This document shows positions 39,790 to 48,907 of a stretch of DNA of 51,619 nt, in pieces. Position 1 is the first letter of the stretch. The number at the start of each line of letters is the position of its first letter. The notes below the pieces were generated by a model. That model was not told the DNA's origin. It searched no databases and worked only from the letters and a program-made list of their open reading frames with translations. The translations under genes were made by a program, and so were the position numbers. Source of the DNA: a virus (Duplodnaviria; Caudoviricetes); IMG/VR virus record IMGVR_UViG_3300035397_000123, positions 1 through 51,619 of that record; one strand, written 5' to 3'.

Positions 39790-40034
39790 TCAACACCACC
39801 TGTTACAACTACGCTGTGATCTTTTTCGGCAGGAACCATGTTAATTCTCCCCTTTACTCGCTCGAATGAAAGACTGTCGGCGTCCTTTGTAACTTTCCAA
39901 AACACATTACACGACGGGCAGTATCGTATCTCAGAGCCAACGAAAGAGGATTCTATCCCACCAAGAATGTGACCACAGCGATCATGGTTTCTCGGGGTTT
40001 TATTTTGGCATCTGAGTTCAATATAGTTTCCCAT
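39786..40034 (-). CDS. small zinc-ribbon protein (Com-like)
   Basis: ELRC...CGHILG...CPSC. Confidence 0.65.
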   Translation of the reverse strand: MGNYIELRCQNKTPRNHDRCGHILGGIESSFVGSEIRYCPSCNVFWKVTKDADSLSFERVKGRINMVPAEKDHSVVVTGGVE

Positions 40035-40084
40035 GTCATAAATATACGACAAAACAAAGTAACACCCAACCATATTAATGATTG

Positions 40085-40107
40085 TAAGTCATTGATTGTG
40101 TACACAA
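40085..40107. promoter_or_regulatory. IHF-like site overlapping palindromic operator TTGTGTACACAA
   Basis: AATCAA-TGAC-TTA on the minus strand fits WATCAANNNNTTR; 12-bp perfect palindrome. Confidence 0.55.
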
Positions 40108-40122
40108 ATTGCTTTTATACGG

Positions 40123-40156
40123 AAAAGCCCCAAGCCACTATTGTGACCTGAGGCCC
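40123..40156 (-). terminator. terminator downstream of terL
   Basis: GCCTCAGGTCAC-AATA-GTGGCTTGGGGC-TTTT. Confidence 0.65.
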
Positions 40157-40210
40157 GAAAGGAGTCGCACCAATGCAACGATATAAAATTATATTATTCG
40201 TAACATTTTG

Positions 40211-42589
40211 TCAACGGGTATATCCTTTTTTCTCAGGAATAATTCGCTCTTTAATATGGCCGTGCTTTTTGAGAAGCTGAATCGACTGCAAAAGAGTCTC
40301 GGCATAATAAAGGTCATCCCTTGGTTCGCCGGATTTTATAGTCCAGTTCCGAACTTGGTTAATAAGTGTTTGGCATTCTTCGTCTATGTGGAGTTTCTTT
40401 CGGTGAAAGAGGTCGTCCATGAGTTGAAAAGATTTTGCTCTGTCTGACCTGAAATTTTGTTTGAGTGGCATACCTGCTTTTTTAAAGTCATACCACAAAG
40501 TCGCCTTCCCGTCTGTGAGTCCTTCAAAAAACTTTTCATTCCCTATCCAATACTTCGGCCTTGTGTAATTCCCTACTACCGAAGTTACTGAGTTTTTGAT
40601 ATCTGCAACAGAAACTCTTTCAAAAGTAAATTCCTTCAGAATGTTTATGCTTTCAGAGGCGTAAAGGAATTGTTCAATCAGCATTATCACGACATTAGCA
40701 TCAGTCAAAAACAGAGAAATCAATATTTCATCGGCCGCACCCGGGTTTAATTCTATCTTCCTAATAGTTTCTGAAGACCAATAATTGAACGAATCCGCTA
40801 CATAGTGGCTTTTTGAATTTGCAAACATATAAGCAAGTGCATCAGCATAGTTCGGGGAAGGAATACCCCTTGCTTTCATGGCCTTCTTGGATTCTATTCC
40901 TATTTTCCCCTGATCGTTGTGGAGCATTAACGGGTTTGAGAGTTCTTCTATGAGCCCGACATGGGAAGGAATAGATATCATTTCTTCTACCGGGAAGTAT
41001 TTGATATTGTTCTTATGAAGGAATGTTTTTTCAAATCTCTTTCGTATGTTCCACCATAATTCTGCTCTTCTATTTCTGAACTTGTCTACAGCCCGTATGC
41101 CTTCCTCTTCCAGAAATGTCTCGCTTGCAGAGGATTGGCCATAAACACCCTCGATGCGGAAGGACACTTTTCTATCACTATTCATCAACAGCGGGTGAAC
41201 ATCTTCTCCAAGAGTATTCTTGTCATAAGTCAAACACTTGATTCTATCTTTTTCACCCTCGTCCGCTGCGGCCCATGTCGCTTCCAACGGGGTCTTTTGG
41301 GGAAGGTGCTTGATTTTTGATACTACCGACCCGAAGCCTGAGACATACACTGATTTATCAACACCTCCTGCGGCAATGTCGAACCCTGCCACACAATCTC
41401 CTGATGCGGGAAGGTTAAAATCTACCGCTGCCTGAACCCATTGGGGTAAAATCATTGTTCCCGATATCGAAGCCTTATAGGAAATGTCTATTTCTCTTGC
41501 AATAATGGCTTCATCACCAATCTTTAATTCCTGAAGTCTGTACCATGCAGAATACTCAGGTCTCTTCCTCTCCCTCCATTGCGCATTTTTTGAGGGATTC
41601 ATCCACCACCAAACAGTAATAACATCCACATTGCCGGCTTCCCGCTTTTGGTAAAATTCGTTCAGTCCATTGGGAGTAGAGAGGTCGAGTTGGACATTGG
41701 TATTCTGAGAGAGGGCTTGATCTGCGAGTCCCTGGTGATCGATGAATGCTTTTTCATCCACCTTATAAAAAGACGATCTTCCTCCACGACCAATATTATC
41801 ACCGCCTTCCCCGATTATAGACGAACCATTATCAGGATTTGCTATGCGCATATTGTTATCCCATTTATTACCCTCAGAATACATAGCCTTTGGCCTCATA
41901 TTCGGCGGGGTAGCATAAAGGATTCTTCGTATCTTCTCAAATATGGTATCTTGAGAATTTGACTTGTCAACCATGTCTCTAACTCTCGACCCCCACCCCG
42001 CTTTATAACCCTTGTGGTATAAAAAGTGGTGAACATCGTAGGCACAAAGCATTTCAGTAAGACCTTCTGCACGGGACTTTTCAATCATCATGTGTTTGTT
42101 GTTTTGGTAGTTGTGTTCTACCCGCTGAATAGTTTCTACCTGACCCGGAAATAGTACGAATGGAAGTTTCGCCGGTATTCCGATATTGGTTAGTCGAGGG
42201 TCGTATGTCCATGCAAAAGTATTAATCCATAATGCTACATCGTCTTTGCATTGTTCGTCAATTGCCGCTTTATAATCGGGTGAGAGCTTGTATAATTGGT
42301 AAATCTGATACCTGAGAGCCCATACTACCCGGTAAGACTCCTTGATTTCTTCGATTGCCAACTTTCTATGATTCTGAATCTCAGCAAGTCGGGAGTTTCT
42401 TTTGTGGCCGTCTGCGAAAGTCTCTTTATCAAACTCCATCGCCCAGAGGTCGGCTTCTGAAAGTTTATACTGAGCCTCTAAAAAGAATATCTGAAACTGC
42501 TGAATATTATCCCATGTTATAGGGTAATCTTTATAGGTATTGGTACATTTATTGTACCGTACCGTTCGGTCTCTTTCGATCATATTCAA
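40211..42589 (-). CDS. terL: terminase large subunit
   Basis: Walker A-like IEKSRAEGLT, Walker B FYKVDEKAF, LSTPNG, nuclease AGFDIAAGGVD...SPNYADAL. Confidence 0.93.
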   Translation of the reverse strand: MNMIERDRTVRYNKCTNTYKDYPITWDNIQQFQIFFLEAQYKLSEADLWAMEFDKETFADGHKRNSRLAEIQNHRKLAIEEIKESYRVVWALRYQIYQLYKLSPDYKAAIDEQCKDDVALWINTFAWTYDPRLTNIGIPAKLPFVLFPGQVETIQRVEHNYQNNKHMMIEKSRAEGLTEMLCAYDVHHFLYHKGYKAGWGSRVRDMVDKSNSQDTIFEKIRRILYATPPNMRPKAMYSEGNKWDNNMRIANPDNGSSIIGEGGDNIGRGGRSSFYKVDEKAFIDHQGLADQALSQNTNVQLDLSTPNGLNEFYQKREAGNVDVITVWWWMNPSKNAQWRERKRPEYSAWYRLQELKIGDEAIIAREIDISYKASISGTMILPQWVQAAVDFNLPASGDCVAGFDIAAGGVDKSVYVSGFGSVVSKIKHLPQKTPLEATWAAADEGEKDRIKCLTYDKNTLGEDVHPLLMNSDRKVSFRIEGVYGQSSASETFLEEEGIRAVDKFRNRRAELWWNIRKRFEKTFLHKNNIKYFPVEEMISIPSHVGLIEELSNPLMLHNDQGKIGIESKKAMKARGIPSPNYADALAYMFANSKSHYVADSFNYWSSETIRKIELNPGAADEILISLFLTDANVVIMLIEQFLYASESINILKEFTFERVSVADIKNSVTSVVGNYTRPKYWIGNEKFFEGLTDGKATLWYDFKKAGMPLKQNFRSDRAKSFQLMDDLFHRKKLHIDEECQTLINQVRNWTIKSGEPRDDLYYAETLLQSIQLLKKHGHIKERIIPEKKGYTR

Positions 42590-42737
42590 CCTTTGGATAT
42601 TGCTGTTTTAGTGTCTTGACATAGTTAATCATTGCAAACCTAACAAGCCTATCAAGCGGAACCTTGGATTCCTTTGAGACGGCTTTGAAGTATTCGTACA
42701 ATTCGACATCATACCGTATTGATTTATGAGTTGTCAT
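42549..42737 (-). CDS. ribbon-helix-helix regulator
   Basis: KSIRYD strand followed by two helices (LYEYFKAVSKE / LDRLVRFAM). Confidence 0.7.
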   Translation of the reverse strand: MTTHKSIRYDVELYEYFKAVSKESKVPLDRLVRFAMINYVKTLKQQYPKVEYDRKRPNGTVQ

Positions 42738-44176
42738 ATTTTCCAGAGGTCTCCGAGTTTTCTATCCCAACTTTCAGGAGTATATTTCATCATCCCGCAA
42801 GTGGGGAAATGGGTTAATTCCGAAAAGTAAATATCGTCTCCGTGCAACATCAAATCAACACGGACAAAATCAAAATCAGCAGATAGTTTCTCGCAGATTT
42901 CATTTATCTTGTCGAATTGAACCGGCTTTTCAGTTTGCTTTTTATCTGCACCTTGCATAACAGCATCGGTCATAACCCAATCTTTATCAAGCATTGTAAT
43001 ATTGTCAGGATGGAGAGAGGCTCCGTATTCGATGTAATAAAAGTATTCTGCCTTCCCGTGAAAGCACATTGCCTTGACGCACGGAAGTGGTTTGTTTCCA
43101 AGTAATTCCTCGATGATAATTTGAGGTTTAATACAGGAATACTGCCACTCACCCATCTTGTTCCCGTAAGTCCTTTTGAGCCACGATTTAGCCTTGTTCA
43201 TCGAGAGCATTGCTTCGCTACGCCGAAGGATAAGGCTTCTTCCTGAAGCGTTATTGGCCTTCATTATTCCTGAATTTAAATCCTCGTAGGTGGGTGAGTC
43301 TCCGACATAAAGAATCGGTGCAAGTATGTTGACGAAACCTTTTTCGCGAACATAATCACGGACTGCAACTTTATCGCTTGTTGTTACGATTAATAGATTT
43401 CTGTCGTTGTGCTTTTTCCAACCGAGTTTTTCGTTGAATGTTTTAGGTTTATCGAAGTTCGGGATATGGCCTACCCGGTCTTGGAATCTTTTGATTTCAC
43501 CCTGAAGCGGGATGGACTTATACTTAAAAAACTCTTTAGCAATATAGTAATTGTTGATTTCGTCATCATTAAAAAGCGATGCTCTGAGTTTATTTGAGTT
43601 GAGATGAATGAATTTTGTTTCGGGAAGGATTCTATTTCGACAGTGGATTGGAGAGGCGTTGTATTCCACCGATGGAACGGTAATAGTATTCGCAATCCCC
43701 ATGCTTAAAACATCCTGCAAAGAGCCCTGACAGACACCTTTGTGTTTTTCTATTCTTCTAACAAAGTCTTTTTCGTCCCTGATCGCTGCTGCCCTGATGG
43801 CCCATTGTCGAAGGAATTGCTTTGACCTATCGTTGGGACGGACAAATACTACTCCGGCATTAATAGGCGCCCTCCCCTGGATACCTGTTTCAGTAAAACA
43901 CAAATCAAATTCATTCTCAAACACCCTTCTTACATCCCCCATAAAAAACCCATCACAATCAGATAGGATATAAGGCTCCGTTTCTTCTATCTCTGCCTGA
44001 TATTCAAGTTTTGATAAATTCGTATCAAATAAGTGAGAGTTGTAATGAGCTCGAATTGGAATATCATGCCGTACCACATTCAGTCCGAATCTCTCAGCAC
44101 TTTGCTTAAACACATAATACATCGCCTCATAATTTTCATTATGCTTATGGGTGGTTAGAACAACATGAACATTCAT
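42734..44176 (-). CDS. glycosyltransferase (GT-A, nucleotide-diphospho-sugar transferase-like) fused to TupA-like ATP-grasp
   Basis: N-half SDCD (DxD), INAGVVFVR, YN, FIHL; C-half PKTFNEKL, DKVAVRDYV, MKANNASG, IIIEELL, FVRVDL, YFSELTHFPTCG. Confidence 0.85.
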   Translation of the reverse strand: MNVHVVLTTHKHNENYEAMYYVFKQSAERFGLNVVRHDIPIRAHYNSHLFDTNLSKLEYQAEIEETEPYILSDCDGFFMGDVRRVFENEFDLCFTETGIQGRAPINAGVVFVRPNDRSKQFLRQWAIRAAAIRDEKDFVRRIEKHKGVCQGSLQDVLSMGIANTITVPSVEYNASPIHCRNRILPETKFIHLNSNKLRASLFNDDEINNYYIAKEFFKYKSIPLQGEIKRFQDRVGHIPNFDKPKTFNEKLGWKKHNDRNLLIVTTSDKVAVRDYVREKGFVNILAPILYVGDSPTYEDLNSGIMKANNASGRSLILRRSEAMLSMNKAKSWLKRTYGNKMGEWQYSCIKPQIIIEELLGNKPLPCVKAMCFHGKAEYFYYIEYGASLHPDNITMLDKDWVMTDAVMQGADKKQTEKPVQFDKINEICEKLSADFDFVRVDLMLHGDDIYFSELTHFPTCGMMKYTPESWDRKLGDLWKI

Positions 44177-44201
44177 ATAAATCTCCTTTTTTCTTAAAAT
44201 A

Positions 44202-44214
44202 GATTGTGTACACA
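44202..44214. promoter_or_regulatory. palindromic operator GATTGTGTACACA
   Basis: Identical 13-mer at 40094-40106. Confidence 0.55.
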
Positions 44215-44275
44215 CTAATGGATAGAGATTATTTTACTTCATACTGATTATCGAGAAAAAAACTTTAGAAAATTG

Positions 44276-44304
44276 TTGCATAATTATTGAATGTGTTGTA
44301 TATT
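44276..44304 (+). promoter_or_regulatory. sigma70-type promoter of the plus-strand gene island
   Basis: TTGCAT-17 nt-TATATT. Confidence 0.7.
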
Positions 44305-44327
44305 ACTACTATAACAAGTGAGGCTCA

Positions 44328-44525
44328 ATGAAATACTACCGTGATATACTTATCGGAGGTGTTGACTATGAAGTCACCTGCACCTTTATAGGTGTTGTGT
44401 GTGATGATGTTATTATTGAAAGGCATGGTAGACCGTTATACGATCTTCCAGATTCATTATATGAAGAGGCAAGAGATAAAATGATAGAGATATTAATACA
44501 AGAGAAGGAGGATGTATTATGTTAG
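44328..44525 (+). CDS. hypothetical protein
   Basis: GAGG RBS; first gene after the promoter. Confidence 0.65.
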   Translation: MKYYRDILIGGVDYEVTCTFIGVVCDDVIIERHGRPLYDLPDSLYEEARDKMIEILIQEKEDVLC

Positions 44526-44671
44526 TATATGTTGTTGTACAAAACATCGGCTACTCTCAATATTTTAAGCGAGTCTTCGCCAAAAGAGAGGCAGCCCAAG
44601 CATATAGAGAAGCGATGACAGATAAACATGAGCGATGTGATTTAGAAATTATTGAGGAGGAGGTAATGTAA
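44519..44671 (+). CDS. small hypothetical protein (50 aa, not in ORF track)
   Basis: AGGAGG RBS; MLVYVVVQ...VFAKREAAQAY...IIEEEVM. Confidence 0.65.
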   Translation: MLVYVVVQNIGYSQYFKRVFAKREAAQAYREAMTDKHERCDLEIIEEEVM

Positions 44672-45058
44672 ATGAGTGAGTTTAAAAACGGTGACATGGT
44701 GTTGGTGAGTGACAGTGGGGTTCCCGGTGATTGGGTAGTAAGAAAGTATATATGAAAAAATCCTAATGGTATCTATCTTTGCAAACCTAAAGTATGTCAT
44801 GGACATTGTGGATGGAACTACTGCAAACCCATCCCCAAAAAGACATACCGCCCGTTCAAAGATGTGTTTGAGGTTCCGGTGAATGCTTGGTTTAGGGGTA
44901 AAAGTAATAAAGCAGTATCAAAAATAGTCGGTGTACAAGATGACGGGTCTATTGATTTCCCGTCTATAAAAAATGCTAACGATTTCCAAGACATTCTCGA
45001 TAATTACGAAATGTCAACCGACGGCATCACATGGGTACCGGCGGGAGTGGAGGAATGA
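44672..45058 (+). pseudogene. phage hypothetical gene interrupted by an in-frame TGA (44753-44755)
   Basis: GGAGG RBS and ATG; one frame reads MSEFKNGDMVLVSD...YI*KNP...WNYCKP...YRPFKD...STDGITWVPAGVEE. Confidence 0.65.
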
Positions 45059-45231
45059 GTAATCATATATGCAATGGGTGTAACTATTTAAACAAAAGTA
45101 GAAACACTTGTTCAAATAATAACAAAAATCAGAACAACTGTAATCAAATGAGAAGACCAAAAACAGAGATGCCATTAAGATATTATGGAGAAATTGTTGA
45201 GGATGAAAAAGAGCACGGTAGTTGGTGGTAG
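45055..45231 (+). CDS. small Cys-containing hypothetical protein
   Basis: ATGA coupling, GGAGG RBS. Confidence 0.5.
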   Translation: MSNHICNGCNYLNKSRNTCSNNNKNQNNCNQMRRPKTEMPLRYYGEIVEDEKEHGSWW

Positions 45232-45285
45232 ATTGCAGAGTTGCGTCTATATGAGCGTTGTCGGAAATTTTAACATTGAGGCAAT

Positions 45286-45597
45286 ATGATAAAAAATGAA
45301 TTTATTAAGTGTGTTAACGGATATAATATTATAAGAGATGGGTATATTATATCTCCTGAAGATGTTTGTATACTGTTATACAGGCTTGACATTTTGGAGA
45401 AAGAGCGGTTAAAAATGTCCAACAACAAACAAATTGCGCCATTTAAGGAAATCGAGCGTTTACAAAATGAGAATGAAAAACTAATTCGGTGTATAGTAGA
45501 CTGCATAAACCTACCGAAGGGGGTTATTCCTGATTCGGTTATTAATCTTAACAAGGGGCAGTTCTGGAATGAACCAAACACCTATATTTCAACCTGA
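45286..45597 (+). CDS. hypothetical protein
   Basis: GAGG RBS; coiled-coil EIERLQNENEKL. Confidence 0.55.
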   Translation: MIKNEFIKCVNGYNIIRDGYIISPEDVCILLYRLDILEKERLKMSNNKQIAPFKEIERLQNENEKLIRCIVDCINLPKGVIPDSVINLNKGQFWNEPNTYIST

Positions 45598-45705
45598 AAT
45601 CTGCCTTGATTGTAAATTTATCAAAGGCGTGAATTGTCCTCTTTGGGATAAAGATTCAAAGTTTTCAGTTGAATATCACCATTGCAGTTATAAGGAGGCG
45701 AACCG

Positions 45706-45936
45706 ATGAGTATTACACAGGTAACATATCGAACAGTATTAAGGGAAGAATTGTCACAAGAATTTATCAATATTGATTTGCAAGTTGGTGAATCGTCTCA
45801 ATATCTTGCAGAAAAAATTTTTAGAAGTTATGTGGAGAGATATCCAAATAAGGAATTTTTCTTCCAAAAAAGAATTGATGAAACACTATTTGCGTCCAAA
45901 GAGGTTAGAAATGAAACCAAAAATAAAACGCTGTAA
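45706..45936 (+). CDS. hypothetical protein
   Basis: AGGAGG RBS. Confidence 0.65.
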   Translation: MSITQVTYRTVLREELSQEFINIDLQVGESSQYLAEKIFRSYVERYPNKEFFFQKRIDETLFASKEVRNETKNKTL

Positions 45937-46087
45937 GTATTCTGAAAATATATGCGATAGAGAGCTTTTTTATAATCCAATAATGGCAGAGTGCTCATGG
46001 GTGCGGACATTTACAAAATTCAGTGCTACGGTTTATGTTGATAAAAACGATTGCCGGAAGTGTATCTGTTTTAAGGAGGGAAAATGA
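45911..46087 (+). CDS. small Cys-rich protein
   Basis: GAGG RBS before ATG 45911; CRKCICF. Confidence 0.55.
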   Translation: MKPKIKRCKYSENICDRELFYNPIMAECSWVRTFTKFSATVYVDKNDCRKCICFKEGK

Positions 46088-46488
46088 CAAGAGAAGAAAT
46101 AAAAAAAATATTGGATAACCATAAATTATGGTTAGAAGATAATGGAGGTGAAAAAGCGGACTTGCTGGGTGCGGACTTGTCGGGTGCGCGCTTGCTGGGT
46201 GCTGACTTGCGGGATGCGAAATACTCAATACTATCTATTTTTAAGATTAATTTCAGCGGGTTGTCTGATATTTTAACACTTGAACTTATGAGGCATGATG
46301 CAGAGTTTTGCGGGGTTGAAAGTATAACCGCGTGGGTTAATGGTGGAGGTTGCCCCTATGCAAAAATGGAAAGGGATTTTATGTTTAATGAGAATAAAAC
46401 TTTATGGGTAGAAGGAGCACCGCGACTAAGAGGTGTTGAACTATGGAGGGTTTTGGCGAGTGAGAAAAATATTAAAATATCTGTGTAG
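46084..46488 (+). CDS. pentapeptide repeat protein
   Basis: ILDNHKLWL...GEKADLLGADLSGARLLGADLRDA; 15-bp tandem DNA repeats at ~46156-46218. Confidence 0.85.
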   Translation: MTREEIKKILDNHKLWLEDNGGEKADLLGADLSGARLLGADLRDAKYSILSIFKINFSGLSDILTLELMRHDAEFCGVESITAWVNGGGCPYAKMERDFMFNENKTLWVEGAPRLRGVELWRVLASEKNIKISV

Positions 46489-46636
46489 GAGGTGAAATAA
46501 TGAAACTGGAAATTGAACAAATCGAAAAAGCGTTTAACGATTGGGCCGAATCCCTTAATGTCACAAAGGAAGAAAAGGTCGATGCTTGGCATGGGTTTAT
46601 GGTTAAATTAATAGCTGTGTATGGGGAGTGTGCTAA

Positions 46637-46873
46637 ATGACTGAACAAATACGTCTCGGAGGTGGAAGCCATAAGTGTACCAAATGCGGGAGAACTATTT
46701 TCGGAAGTGTCAACCATGTTTGCAAAGTGAATCAATGTGTGCAGGTGTATGTCTGCCGGTGCTTCGGTAATTATATGCAATGTTGTTTCGGTTCAAGAAG
46801 TGCTTTGCATGATGGATTGTGCCAGTATTACAGTCAAGGTAATACTTGCAAAAGTTTGGAGGCAATGGTATGA
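46637..46873 (+). CDS. Cys-rich hypothetical protein
   Basis: GGGGAG RBS; multiple Cys. Confidence 0.55.
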   Translation: MTEQIRLGGGSHKCTKCGRTIFGSVNHVCKVNQCVQVYVCRCFGNYMQCCFGSRSALHDGLCQYYSQGNTCKSLEAMV

Positions 46874-47181
46874 GAATAGAGAAACTCGATGATGGAAGGA
46901 TTGTGCTTGTTGCAAGTTTTACAGCAAAAGATTATATTTTTGTTCTTGGAGAAGAGTTTATTCAGCAATTAAGAGAATTGATACTTGGGGAAGTGGCCTT
47001 CCAGGAAGAATCCATGCTACTACCTTGCCCTTTCTGTGGAGGCGATGCAAGTTTAGGCTCAGGTGTTGGATACACATTCGTAAACTGCCCTGATTGTGGA
47101 ATATCAAACGACACCATTGCAGACATGACAAAATTCAAAAGAGAGCACGCTATTGACCATTGGAATACGAGGGTGAAATGA
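46870..47181 (+). CDS. Lar-family restriction alleviation protein-like
   Basis: LLPCPFCGG...VNCPDCG...AIDHWNTR. Confidence 0.8.
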   Translation: MRIEKLDDGRIVLVASFTAKDYIFVLGEEFIQQLRELILGEVAFQEESMLLPCPFCGGDASLGSGVGYTFVNCPDCGISNDTIADMTKFKREHAIDHWNTRVK

Positions 47182-47516
47182 AAACAGTAATATTTCATCA
47201 CGACCTGCATATTAAGATGTGGGACTGGCTCGCAAAAAACCCTGATTGCGATAAACACGAATGGCCCGAGTGGGGGAAGGTTATTGAGAAATACGGAAAA
47301 ATTAGCAACCTTTGTTTTGCGTGTCATGCCGATACTGAGTTTTGCGACATAACTAACGAGCCATTATGTAGCAATTGCCCTTTTGGAAACTACACAGATT
47401 TTCATTGCATGGATAGACTGTTTACTTATTGGAGACAATCAACCGGCAGACAAAGAACTTACTATGCAGAAAAAATCCGGGATTACCCTTTATCAAATGG
47501 ATGGGAGCCAATATGA
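47178..47516 (+). CDS. Cys-rich hypothetical protein
   Basis: HIKMWDWLAKNP...CFAC...CSNCPF. Confidence 0.65.
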   Translation: MKTVIFHHDLHIKMWDWLAKNPDCDKHEWPEWGKVIEKYGKISNLCFACHADTEFCDITNEPLCSNCPFGNYTDFHCMDRLFTYWRQSTGRQRTYYAEKIRDYPLSNGWEPI

Positions 47517-48085
47517 GAGAAATTAAAATGTATCAGTCTGAGGACGGCGAGATTTTTAAAACAGTAAAAGAATGCGGAGAGCATGAGTTTAAGATTCATG
47601 CTGTAAGAGTAATAATGGGAGAGCTCAATGACCGTCCCAATACTGAAGAATTTGCAGAAGGATATGGATGCGTCCAACAATCATCCGATGTAGTAAAAAA
47701 AGCAATTACAAGAATTGCGCAACTTTCGATAGTAGAATTAAATGATGATTTTTACCTTTATCCGACAAAAGCCTTAAATACCATGATCGGGAGGGCCATT
47801 TGCGAATCTGACAAGTATCTTGCAAAAGCATGGTACAGATTTCAGTGCATGGATGATGATTATAAAGAGTGGGGGCAACCGTTTTTTGCGGAGAAAAGGA
47901 ATAAACAAGCCAAAGATTTTTATATAAACCCATGTTGTGGGGTTATTCCTGATTACAGCTTTAACCGTGATACCAATCTTTATGTGTTAAAATGTATTTC
48001 GTGTGAAAAAAAAGCAGGTGGAACAACTTTTATTGAAGCAGTTTTGTCATGGAATAACCTTGTAAAAAAAACAACCAAGCATTAA
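47513..48085 (+). CDS. hypothetical protein with C-terminal Lar-like zinc ribbon
   Basis: YQSEDGEIF N-terminus; PCCG...KCISC...AVLSWN C-terminus. Confidence 0.65.
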   Translation: MREIKMYQSEDGEIFKTVKECGEHEFKIHAVRVIMGELNDRPNTEEFAEGYGCVQQSSDVVKKAITRIAQLSIVELNDDFYLYPTKALNTMIGRAICESDKYLAKAWYRFQCMDDDYKEWGQPFFAEKRNKQAKDFYINPCCGVIPDYSFNRDTNLYVLKCISCEKKAGGTTFIEAVLSWNNLVKKTTKH

Positions 48086-48311
48086 TAAAGCAATATGGTT
48101 GAAATATCAAAAACCGGAAGAACAGGAAAACTGAAAGGATTATTATAATGTCAATGTACAAAACTTATGAATGTGACTAATGTGGCAGAGAAGAAGACAC
48201 GAGGAGTGTCAACAAACTTAATGGATGGGGACTTGCTTACACAAAAACCCACATCTGCCTTGAATGTAGAGAAAAAGAAACTTTTACCTGCCCAGATTTG
48301 GATATAGAAGA

Positions 48312-48545
48312 ATGAAAGAATACCTAAACACAATCCCTACAAAGGATATTTTTGATCATCTCATGGACAGATTCAGTCAAACAGGGGAAGGGCTCGTTTA
48401 TGGATACTACACCCAAAACGACATAGACCTTCCCAATGATGGGTGGTGCACTGGAGGAATAGGAAATCGCCCCCTACAACTCGGTCTTTGCAAAGTAATT
48501 GAAGAAGAAATTATCCATAAACTATTTAAAAAGGATGAAGAATGA
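48312..48545 (+). CDS. hypothetical protein
   Basis: ORF coupled to the downstream gene. Confidence 0.55.
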   Translation: MKEYLNTIPTKDIFDHLMDRFSQTGEGLVYGYYTQNDIDLPNDGWCTGGIGNRPLQLGLCKVIEEEIIHKLFKKDEE

Positions 48546-48892
48546 CAAATCATGAAAAAACGGAAAATGTTGATGAGAACGGAATAGTGCCACGCACCGG
48601 CACAGGGACACAAATGCTACTATCCTTGACAGAATCCTTGGAAGTGGACAAGAGTTGCCCTCAACACGGAAGGCCGATCGTCACCAACCCAATACAAACC
48701 GAAATCAAAAGAAAACTATCCACCATTCTTCAAGCAGGACTAACCCCAAGCGCTATTATCCTCGGGAAGAAAGAAGAACTTGAGCTAACCGAGAAAATGG
48801 AGGGATACCCCCCTAACCAATTCGGGTACCTCGACAAACACTATCCAATTATCTATGTGGAAGTCGATTCAAATATCAGCGTTTCAATCTAA
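48542..48892 (+). CDS. hypothetical protein
   Basis: ATGA coupling. Confidence 0.55.
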   Translation: MTNHEKTENVDENGIVPRTGTGTQMLLSLTESLEVDKSCPQHGRPIVTNPIQTEIKRKLSTILQAGLTPSAIILGKKEELELTEKMEGYPPNQFGYLDKHYPIIYVEVDSNISVSI

Positions 48893-48907
48893 CAAAGGAA
48901 GGCACTT

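Noticed and set aside
10948-41962. Numerous short plus-strand ORFs antisense to late genes
   Set aside because: Shadow ORFs inside long minus-strand genes, without RBS or motifs.
45229-45273. Possible TAG read-through extending ORF 45055..45231
   Set aside because: The 13-codon extension is short enough to be chance, with no supporting signal.
46156-46218. 15-bp tandem repeats as a regulatory or mini-CRISPR element
   Set aside because: Fully explained by pentapeptide-repeat coding.
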